DNA from: Pseudobdellovibrionaceae bacterium
Lineage (GTDB): Bacteria; Bdellovibrionota; Bdellovibrionia; Bdellovibrionales; Bdellovibrionaceae
Assembly (NCBI GenBank): GCA_041288045.1
Contig: JBGGMM010000111.1
Coordinates: 1-13,357 of the forward strand
Length of the DNA stretch: 13,357 bases
Direction: 5' to 3'
Shown here: in pieces, positions 1 to 6,673 of the stretch
Layout of the letters: the number at the start of each line of letters is the position of its first letter
Position numbering within the stretch: the first letter of the stretch is position 1
Position numbers and translations under genes: made by a program
Notes under the pieces: model-generated
Databases searched by the model: none
What the model was told of the DNA's origin: nothing
Seen by the model: the letters and a program-made list of their open reading frames with translations, nothing else

Positions 1-137
1 ATTTTTTTTTTTTTTTTTTTTAAAAGGCATTGAAAGTCGATTCATTTTAAAAAATTCCAGACAAGCGCCCCTCATCGATCGGTTCCTCAAGAAGTCAAAA
101 GGGGATGATTCAGGGCGCTTTTTAGATCCCTGAGAAA

Positions 138-560
138 TTACCGAGCGTGAATTTCTCGAGTGTGAGCGGCTCGTCTTGCAGCAGCTTGTCTTTGTGCTGG
201 GCTTCTGTGAGCAGCAGCTTGCTTAGCTTGTCGTGAAAGCGCTCGGCGTGAGACGCTAGATCGAGGCTCACGCTTGAGGGCCTTCAGAACTGCTCTTGAT
301 CTTTTAGGCGAAGCTTTTTTCAAAGTTCGCTTTGCAGTTGCCGATTTTCTTTTTACGCCTAGAGCAGATTTCACTTTCACTCCAGCCCTGCGAGCTTCTG
401 ACAAACCGATAGCAATGGCTTGCTTGGCTGACCTTGCGCCGTGTTTACCACGGCGAATTTTTTTAATTTGGTCATGCACAAATTCACCGGCCTGAGTTGA
501 CGCCGATTTTCCTTGGCGAGCAGCCTTGCGTGCGCGCTTGATCGTTCTTCTTTGTGGCAT
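138..560 (-). CDS. Small, highly basic (Lys/Arg/Ala-rich) DUF6496-like putative nucleic-acid-binding protein, 140 aa
   Basis: Start moved from 608 to ATG at 560, which has an AGGAGG SD at 570-565. The motif GKSASTQAGEFV...GKHGARSAKQAIAIGLSEARRAGV matches my recollection of the DUF6496-type KQAIAI(G/A)LSEAR family. The C-terminal tail is K/R/A-rich and low-complexity. Confidence 0.8.
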   Translation of the reverse strand: MPQRRTIKRARKAARQGKSASTQAGEFVHDQIKKIRRGKHGARSAKQAIAIGLSEARRAGVKVKSALGVKRKSATAKRTLKKASPKRSRAVLKALKREPRSSVSRRALSRQAKQAAAHRSPAQRQAAARRAAHTREIHAR

Positions 561-588
561 AGTGCCTCCTTGTCTAGATACAAGCGTT

Positions 589-604
589 AGCAAGGAGTGC
601 GCCA
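589..604 (-). promoter_or_regulatory. sigma54 (RpoN) -24/-12 promoter for the basic-protein gene
   Basis: Minus strand reads TGGCGCACTCCTTGCT, an exact GG-N10-GC spacing close to the consensus TGGCACG-N4-TTGC(A/T). Predicted TSS near 578, just upstream of the SD (570-565) and ATG (560). Confidence 0.7.
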
Positions 605-1141
605 TCAATGCCGTTCGACCAATCTTTGAAGCTTATCAAACGAAGAGTTCCAACCTTGAACACAGTCATCATGCATTTTCGAAGGAATGCCTTGATGGTG
701 AATAGTCATTTTTGTTTGCTCACTTTCGACCTCACTGAATTCAATAGTGACAAAACCTTCATAGTCATTGGGCCAATCTGCTGACATTCCGGCTTGTTGA
801 GGAGTGATGACCTGACCCTGTTCGTTGGCAAATAGATCTGAGCAGACAATTAATTTATTGGGAATAATTTGTCTGTACTCTCCAGTTCCCCAGACGACTT
901 CGCCTTCTGGTGACTTCATTGCCATGTGGTATTTTCCGCCTTCGCGAAAATCAATATTTGCTGTGGGACATGTAAAGCTCTCAGGTCCCCACCATTGGCG
1001 CATAAATTCGGGGCGGGACCAAGCGGCCCAGAGGCGTTCCACTGGAGCATGGAAAGTTCGGGTGATGTCGACAGTTCGAGTTTCCGTCCACTTTTTTTGG
1101 TTTTCGGTCGTGGGGCTTTTTTGGTTCAGGTTTTCATTCAT
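605..1141 (-). CDS. SRPBCC / AHSA1 (activator of Hsp90 ATPase homolog 1-like, START-fold) domain protein, 178 aa
   Basis: Start moved to ATG at 1141 (MNENLNQ), SD GAGGAG at 1154-1149. Typical AHSA1 motifs: ITRTFHAPVERLWAAWSRPEFMRQWWGP, IDFREGGKY, GEYRQIIPNKLIV, and C-terminal GWNSSFDKL. Confidence 0.9.
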   Translation of the reverse strand: MNENLNQKSPTTENQKKWTETRTVDITRTFHAPVERLWAAWSRPEFMRQWWGPESFTCPTANIDFREGGKYHMAMKSPEGEVVWGTGEYRQIIPNKLIVCSDLFANEQGQVITPQQAGMSADWPNDYEGFVTIEFSEVESEQTKMTIHHQGIPSKMHDDCVQGWNSSFDKLQRLVERH

Positions 1142-1217
1142 AAAACGTCTCCTCGATTTGAGTTCAAATGCATAATCTTTCTGTGAGGGTTGCAAATCCT
1201 GTACACGAATTTTTTCG

Positions 1218-1233
1218 TGGTATGCAAAATGCA
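1218..1233 (+). promoter_or_regulatory. sigma54-like -24/-12 promoter for the NTF2-like gene
   Basis: TGGTATGCAAAATGCA has GG-N10-GC spacing and lies about 50 nt upstream of the ATG at 1286. Confidence 0.55.
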
Positions 1234-1285
1234 AATTTTGTTTGAAAGAGAAAGTGAAAGAAGAAAATAAAAAACGAAGGAGCAT

Positions 1286-1681
1286 ATGATGGCCAATTTA
1301 GAAAACTTAACAAAAGAAATACTCAATCTTGAGAAAAAATACTGGATTGCAATGCAAGAGAAAGATCTTGAAACTGCGATCAGCTTGACTGACTTTCCTT
1401 GTCTTCTTGCAGGTGCACAAGGTGTCTCATCAGTCGATCGAGCTCAATTCGAAAAAATGTTCCAATCGGGGCAAGAATCCATGAGGTCATTTCATTTTGA
1501 TGAAGACAAAGTCGAAGTCCGCCAAGTGGGCCCAGACACCGCTGTGATCGCCTATCCGGTTCACACGACTTTTTTAAAAAACGGAGAAAGTCGCAAGATC
1601 GACGCTGTTGATACTTCCACTTGGATTCGAAGTGGAGACAAATGGCTTTGTGCTATGCACACGGAAACCGAGCTTCACTGA
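1286..1681 (+). CDS. Nuclear transport factor 2-like / DUF4440 (SnoaL-like) protein
   Basis: 131 aa with an AAGGAG SD just upstream (ATG at 1286 or 1289). The pattern EILNLEKKYWIAMQEKD...VRQVGPDTAVIAY...DTSTWIRSGDKWLCAMHTET is typical of the DUF4440/NTF2-like fold. Confidence 0.85.
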   Translation: MMANLENLTKEILNLEKKYWIAMQEKDLETAISLTDFPCLLAGAQGVSSVDRAQFEKMFQSGQESMRSFHFDEDKVEVRQVGPDTAVIAYPVHTTFLKNGESRKIDAVDTSTWIRSGDKWLCAMHTETELH

Positions 1682-1773
1682 CTTAGGTCGGGATGCGCTT
1701 TTGGACTGATAAAAAATATTTCCCTCCCCAAATTCAAGCTTAGAATGAATTCTAGCTTTTCTGGGGAGTAAAG

Positions 1774-4185
1774 ATGTTCAAGTTGAATGGGATTTCAAAT
1801 CGCCGGCTGATGGCGGGATTTGTAGGTGCGGTGTTGTTGTTGGTTGCCATCGGAGCCTACATGCAAAAGACCATTCATGATGTGCAGACTTTCACCAATC
1901 AAAGAGCCGAAGCGCGAAAAGTCGCAATGAAATTGAAAATCTTGCGTGGGCTTCTCTCGGATGCAGAAACCGGGCAAAGGGGATTTTTGCTGACTGGGGA
2001 TGAAAAATACCTTGTTCCCTATCATGAAGCACTTCGCTCAATACCTGAGCATTACAAAGAAATCGAAGCAGCCTTGATTCAACAGCCAGAACAGTCTTCA
2101 CGAATTCTTCAAGCTGAAAAAATCATCGACAATAAATTGGCAGAACTGGCAAAAACGATTGAACTGAAAAAATCCGGGCAAACAAATGAAGCCCTGAGAA
2201 TCGTCAAAAGTGGAGTGGGCCAAGCCGACATGGTTCAACTGCGCGATATTTTGAGATTGATGGATGAAGCGCAACAAGATCTGATCTCTCAGCGCAACAC
2301 TCATATGCAGTCTGTGGTTAGTCAGAGTGTTTTTGTAAATCTCCTTGGAAGTGTTTTTACTGTCATCTTGGTGACAATTCTTTTGGTCCTGTTGATTGGT
2401 AACCAAAGAAGAAGTCGAGAAGCCACAGAAGCTCTCAAAGAGACCAATGAAGCTTTAAAAAAGCAACAGGATCTCTTTTCAAAAATCATCTCGAGCCAAA
2501 ATGACATTGCAACTGCACCATTGAATTCGAAATTACTCATGGATCTAGTCGTGCAAAGATCTTTGGATCTCACACAAGCAGACGGGTCGATTATCGAGAT
2601 CCTTGAAGGAGATAACCTGGTCTATCATCATGCTCACGGTGCGGCCCATGCTTTTCTGGGGATGAAAATCCCTCGAACGGGGAGCTTTTCTGGGCTTTGC
2701 CTGAAAGAAAATAAGACGTTGATCTGCCATGATTCGGAAACCGATGACCGAGTCAATCGAGAGGCTTGTCGCAAAGTCAATTTGCGCTCGATGATTGTGG
2801 TTCCTCTTCAGCATGGCGATCAAGTCATCGGTGTTTTGAAAAATTATTCGGCAACGCCTCATCACTTTGATGATCAGGCTTTCCGAGCGCTGACTTTACT
2901 GACAGGCCTTCTTTCATCCGCTCTCAGTCAAGCTCAAGAATTTGGCGAAAAAATATCTGCCATCGTTGACCTCGAAAAAGCCAAATCCGAGCTGACAATT
3001 TCAAAAGACCAAGCTGAATCCGCGACCCAAGCTAAATCCCGTTTCTTGGCCAATATGAGCCATGAAATTCGCACTCCCTTGAATGGAATCCTCGGCATGA
3101 CGGGTCTTCTTCTCGACGGAGATTTAAGTCCCCAACAGCGAGATTACGGAAATGCGATCAAAACATCAGGGGATTCGCTTTTACGACTGGTGAATGATGT
3201 TTTGGATTTTTCAAAAGTGGAAGCTGGCCACCTTGAATTTGAAAAAGTGAATTTCGATTTGGTGAGCAACCTTCAAGATTTCATCAGATCCTTTACTTTT
3301 GCAGCTCAAAAAAAAAATTTACAGCTTGGTTTAGAGCTGGATCCAAAAATTCCAAATTACGTCAATGGCGACCCAGGACGGCTTCGTCAAATTTTTATGA
3401 ATCTGATCAGCAATTCCATTAAATTCACGCATCAGGGATCTGTCCACCTGAAAGCTTTTTTTATCGGGGAAGAGGCCAAAGGTTTGCATTTTCGTTTTGA
3501 GATTTGTGATACTGGAATTGGCATTTCAAAAGAAGTGATCGGAAATCTTTTTCAGGAATTCGTCCAAGCGGATGCTTCAACCAGTCGCAAATATGGCGGC
3601 ACTGGACTGGGCCTCTCAATCAGCAAACACATGGTCGAGCAAATGTCGGGACAGATCGGAGTTGAATCCGAACCGCAAAAGGGATCCAAATTCTGGTTCA
3701 CTCTTTATCTGCAACCAGTTCAAAAGCAGGAAGTTCCTGAGCCTATCCATCTTGTCACAGAGGATTTTCCTGTCCGGGAAAAACCTTGGAGGATTTTGGT
3801 CGCTGAAGACAATCAGATCAACCAAAAGATCATTTTGGCTTTTCTAGAAAAATTAGGCCTTCGCGCCGATATTGCCGCGAATGGAAAAGAGGTTCTTGAA
3901 TCCCTCGCCAGTCGACCCTACGATTTGATTTTGATGGATTGCCAAATGCCTGAAATGGACGGTTATGAAGCAACGGCCAAAATCCGAGAAAGCAAATCTC
4001 TTCCAGATCCACAGATCCCGATCATTGCCATGACTGCCAATGGCCTGAAAGGTGACCGCGAAAAAACAATCGCTGCCGGCATGAATGATTACATTGCAAA
4101 ACCATTGAACATCAAAATCGTCAAAGCTGTGCTTTTAAGGTGGATTAAGCAAATCGATTCTGAAAGCAAACGATCTGTGTCTTAA
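1774..4185 (+). CDS. Hybrid sensor histidine kinase/response regulator (TM-CHASE3-TM-GAF-HisKA-HATPase-REC)
   Basis: CHASE3 motif LSDAETGQRGFLLTGDEKYL between two hydrophobic segments, then a GAF-like region. H-box FLANMSHEIRTPLNGI, N-box RLRQIFMNLISNSIKFT, G1 DTGIGI, G2 GGTGLGL. Receiver motifs ILVAEDN...LMDCQMPEMDG...AMTA...AKP. SD GGGGAG at 1763-1768. Confidence 0.95.
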   Translation: MFKLNGISNRRLMAGFVGAVLLLVAIGAYMQKTIHDVQTFTNQRAEARKVAMKLKILRGLLSDAETGQRGFLLTGDEKYLVPYHEALRSIPEHYKEIEAALIQQPEQSSRILQAEKIIDNKLAELAKTIELKKSGQTNEALRIVKSGVGQADMVQLRDILRLMDEAQQDLISQRNTHMQSVVSQSVFVNLLGSVFTVILVTILLVLLIGNQRRSREATEALKETNEALKKQQDLFSKIISSQNDIATAPLNSKLLMDLVVQRSLDLTQADGSIIEILEGDNLVYHHAHGAAHAFLGMKIPRTGSFSGLCLKENKTLICHDSETDDRVNREACRKVNLRSMIVVPLQHGDQVIGVLKNYSATPHHFDDQAFRALTLLTGLLSSALSQAQEFGEKISAIVDLEKAKSELTISKDQAESATQAKSRFLANMSHEIRTPLNGILGMTGLLLDGDLSPQQRDYGNAIKTSGDSLLRLVNDVLDFSKVEAGHLEFEKVNFDLVSNLQDFIRSFTFAAQKKNLQLGLELDPKIPNYVNGDPGRLRQIFMNLISNSIKFTHQGSVHLKAFFIGEEAKGLHFRFEICDTGIGISKEVIGNLFQEFVQADASTSRKYGGTGLGLSISKHMVEQMSGQIGVESEPQKGSKFWFTLYLQPVQKQEVPEPIHLVTEDFPVREKPWRILVAEDNQINQKIILAFLEKLGLRADIAANGKEVLESLASRPYDLILMDCQMPEMDGYEATAKIRESKSLPDPQIPIIAMTANGLKGDREKTIAAGMNDYIAKPLNIKIVKAVLLRWIKQIDSESKRSVS

Positions 4186-4254
4186 ATCCGTACTGGTTTT
4201 TTCCTGAAAACAGAGTTTAAATAAATAAACATTTTTGTTTTAAAGGAGACACCT

Positions 4255-4650
4255 ATGATCAAATCCAAACTGCCTTTGATCGCTCGAATCTTGCTTGGCT
4301 TGATTTTTTTCGCTGCCGGGTTGACGGGCCTTTTAAATTTGGTCCCTCCACCTCCGGATCTTCCTGAAAGGCTTCAAACTTTCAATACTGGCCTGATGGC
4401 CTCTGGATATTTCTTCACTCTCTTAAAGCTCACCGAAACGATTTGCGGCGCACTTCTGTTGTCAGGATTTTTTGTCCCCTTGGCGCTGGTGATTTTAGCC
4501 CCGATCAGCTTGAATATCTTTCTTGTGCATGCGTTTTTGGCACCCAGTGGCTTACCCTTAGCAATTGTCATCGGACTTCTTTTGATTTACCTCTCTTTCT
4601 TTGCGCAACCCTACTCTTCGGTGGTGAAGCAATTGTTTCGCGCCAAATAA
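4255..4650 (+). CDS. DoxX family membrane protein
   Basis: 131 aa with about four hydrophobic helices; N-terminal ARILLGLIFFAAGL and LKLTETICGALLLSG. SD AAGGAG at 4243-4248. Confidence 0.85.
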   Translation: MIKSKLPLIARILLGLIFFAAGLTGLLNLVPPPPDLPERLQTFNTGLMASGYFFTLLKLTETICGALLLSGFFVPLALVILAPISLNIFLVHAFLAPSGLPLAIVIGLLLIYLSFFAQPYSSVVKQLFRAK

Positions 4651-4663
4651 AAGAAGGTCACAA

Positions 4664-5146
4664 ATGAACAAGTCCCAATATTGCTTTCAATCCAAGATCG
4701 GACCGCTTTTCCTTGTGGCGTCAGTGGAAGGTCTCGAGGGCGTTTATTGGGATGAGCAACTGATTCCAATGATTTCAACTTTGGAAGCTCTCGATACTGA
4801 GACTCAAATTTTAAAACAAGCCGCTTCTCAATTGGCCGAATACTTGGATGGGAAGCGAAAAGAATTTGATCTGCCTTTGGCAGCTTTTGGTACAGAATTT
4901 CAACACTTAGTCTGGAATGAGCTCAAAAAAATTCCATATGGGAAAACTTTCTCCTACAGCGAAATTGCCCAGAGATTGAAAAATGAAAAAGCAGTCCGAG
5001 CCGTCGGAACAGCCAATGGCAAAAATCCACTTTGCATTATCGTTCCCTGCCATCGGGTCATTTCTGCCGACGGAAGTCTAGGTGGTTACTCAGGCGGGTT
5101 GCAGATCAAATCACAATTGCTCGAAATCGAAAGTCGTCATCACTGA
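4664..5146 (+). CDS. ogt: Methylated-DNA--[protein]-cysteine S-methyltransferase (O6-alkylguanine DNA alkyltransferase)
   Basis: Active-site IIVPCHRVI, plus GTEFQHLVWNELKKIPYG, AVRAVGTANGKNP and LGGYSGG. No Ada zinc/AraC N-terminal domain. Starts 13 nt after the DoxX stop, so probably co-transcribed. Confidence 0.95.
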   Translation: MNKSQYCFQSKIGPLFLVASVEGLEGVYWDEQLIPMISTLEALDTETQILKQAASQLAEYLDGKRKEFDLPLAAFGTEFQHLVWNELKKIPYGKTFSYSEIAQRLKNEKAVRAVGTANGKNPLCIIVPCHRVISADGSLGGYSGGLQIKSQLLEIESRHH

Positions 5147-5228
5147 CTAAAACTTTGTCTCTTTTTGACTGTTGACGCGTGGCGCATTGAGACTCTTCAG
5201 CAGCTTTCTTTAAAAGTTTCAAAATAGC

Positions 5229-5255
5229 TCAAGCTTCCTAGACCTTAGCCGATAG
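5229..5255 (+). promoter_or_regulatory. sigma28 (FliA)-type promoter upstream of pilin A
   Basis: TCAA-N15-GCCGATAG against the consensus TAAA-N15-GCCGATAA. The spacing is exact and the site ends 58 nt before the ATG at 5314. Confidence 0.7.
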
Positions 5256-5313
5256 GTCATTCAGACATTGGTCGAGGTCCCTTAAAGACAAACACGACCT
5301 TTGTCCTAGGACT

Positions 5314-5841
5314 ATGAAAAATTGGATTCGGTTTGTTCTCATTTCATCTTTGCTTTTACTGCCAGCTGCGAACGCTGCAGACACCGCAATCGCTGGCTTT
5401 AATGTCAGCGGAACAGTACCGACATTTTTCAGTGTTACCACTCGTGGCATGCCGGGGGATTTGGATCTGACTCCGAAAGTGATCGTCAACAATCGGCGAA
5501 TTGGACTTTTGCATTTTAAATACAATGCCAATATTGCCAATCTCACTGTTTCCAGCAGCACTGCCAGTGGTGGACCTGAAGGAACCAGTGGAGCTTACAA
5601 CTTTCAAGGTGGATTCAAAGTCAGCATCAGTGCTGGTTGTTCCTCCGTGGATGCCGCTTACAACACTCCTTTCGTCCTGACGGCGGCTGGTACTGATGTG
5701 AAAAGTGCAGCTTCAGCGGCACTTTTGAATGGAGTCGAAGAGGATTGCGAAGTTCTCGCCAGTTGGAAAGGCACCAATACGACACTGCCATTAGCAGGTG
5801 TGTACGCTCTAAATATCAACGTCACCATGGTTTCTCAGTAA
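5314..5841 (+). CDS. Putative chaperone-usher pilin subunit A (secreted, 175 aa)
   Basis: Sec signal peptide (MKNWIRF...PAANA). Mature N-terminus has alternating hydrophobic residues like a donor strand (ADTAIAGFNVSGTVP). One Cys pair. C-terminal beta strand AGVYALNINVTMVSQ. First gene before the chaperone and usher; paralog of 11128-11706. Confidence 0.8.
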   Translation: MKNWIRFVLISSLLLLPAANAADTAIAGFNVSGTVPTFFSVTTRGMPGDLDLTPKVIVNNRRIGLLHFKYNANIANLTVSSSTASGGPEGTSGAYNFQGGFKVSISAGCSSVDAAYNTPFVLTAAGTDVKSAASAALLNGVEEDCEVLASWKGTNTTLPLAGVYALNINVTMVSQ

Positions 5842-5861
5842 CCCAGACCCACCTGCATTTC

Positions 5862-5889
5862 TTGCAAATCATTGTTTTGCCTTTATAAT
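5862..5889 (+). promoter_or_regulatory. sigma70-type promoter for the chaperone-usher-tip genes
   Basis: TTGCAA-N16-TATAAT (perfect -10) in the pilin A/chaperone intergenic gap, followed by an AGGAGG SD at 5904-5909. Confidence 0.55.
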
Positions 5890-5917
5890 ATTTAAAGCAT
5901 TGCAGGAGGCTTCAAGG

Positions 5918-6664
5918 ATGAAGACGTCTGTTCTCTCGTTGTTGATTTTTTTTCTCAGTTCCATGGCGCAAGCTGGATTTGATTTTAGTCCCATCATTGC
6001 CAACCTAGATCCATCCGGACAGGGAGCGACGGGCGCTTTCACAGTCAGCAATTCTGAAATGACGAAGCTGGCAGTTCAAGTGACCATTGTGCCCCGAGAA
6101 CCTGATTTGAGTGGCAAAGAAGAATACAAAGAATCAGATAAAATCGATGAAATTTTTCGGATTTTTCCAAGCCAGCTTGTCCTGGGACCGAAAGAAACTC
6201 GAACGATTCGTGTGACTTATGTGGGAGCTCCGCAAGTGACTACCGAGCTTGCGTTTCGGATCATTGCCGAAGAGCTTCCAGTTGATTTGGATGATCCCAA
6301 TAAAGTTTACACCAAAGCAGTCGCCAAAATCACTTTGGCCACTCGCTATATCGGCTCTTTGTACGTGACGCCGAAAGCTGCAAAACCTGAAATCGTGATC
6401 GAAGCGAAAAAATCAGAGACGGCTTCAAACGATTTGATTATCGATGTCACCAACAAAGGCACGGCTCATCAAGTTTATCGAAAGCCAACAGTCAAAATCC
6501 TTTCAAAAGCTTCTGGAAAAGAAGTTCAACTCACGGAAGAGGAAATCAAGCCTTTCATGAGCCAGAATATTCTGGCCGGTCGCACTCGACGCTTCACTTT
6601 GCCTTGGCCGAAGAATCTACCTCCTGGCCCCTTGAAGGTCTCTGTTGATGCGCCTAAAGAGTAA
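5918..6664 (+). CDS. Periplasmic pilus assembly chaperone (PapD-like), 248 aa
   Basis: Start moved to ATG 5918 (MKTSVLSL), 8 nt after AGGAGG. Signal peptide ends MAQA. PapD_N-type motifs FSPIIANL, FTVSN, FRIFPSQLVLGPKETRTIRV, ELAFRIIAEELP, SLYVTP, VTNKGTAH. Contains no cysteine. Confidence 0.9.
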   Translation: MKTSVLSLLIFFLSSMAQAGFDFSPIIANLDPSGQGATGAFTVSNSEMTKLAVQVTIVPREPDLSGKEEYKESDKIDEIFRIFPSQLVLGPKETRTIRVTYVGAPQVTTELAFRIIAEELPVDLDDPNKVYTKAVAKITLATRYIGSLYVTPKAAKPEIVIEAKKSETASNDLIIDVTNKGTAHQVYRKPTVKILSKASGKEVQLTEEEIKPFMSQNILAGRTRRFTLPWPKNLPPGPLKVSVDAPKE

Positions 6665-6673
6665 TGTTTTTTT

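Noticed and set aside
1..21. T20 run at the window start
   Set aside because: It lies at the sequence edge and is most likely a low-quality contig-end artefact, not a terminator or poly(A) feature.
1142..1285. 48-aa N-terminal extension of the SRPBCC ORF, and the similar extensions at 561-608 and 5900-5917
   Set aside because: The extensions run through promoter-containing intergenic DNA, and the downstream ATGs (1141, 560, 5918) have clear SD sequences.
4186..4254. Ada box or operator upstream of doxX-ogt (GTTTA-N6-TAAAC at 4215-4230)
   Set aside because: The 5-bp arms lie in very AT-rich DNA and are expected by chance. There is no AAT-N6-GCAA Ada box, and the methyltransferase lacks an Ada regulatory domain.
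5256..5313. c-di-GMP or other riboswitch in the pilin A leader
   Set aside because: The leader is only about 50 nt with small hairpins, and I cannot see the conserved GEMM (c-di-GMP-I) architecture. An Rfam scan would settle it.
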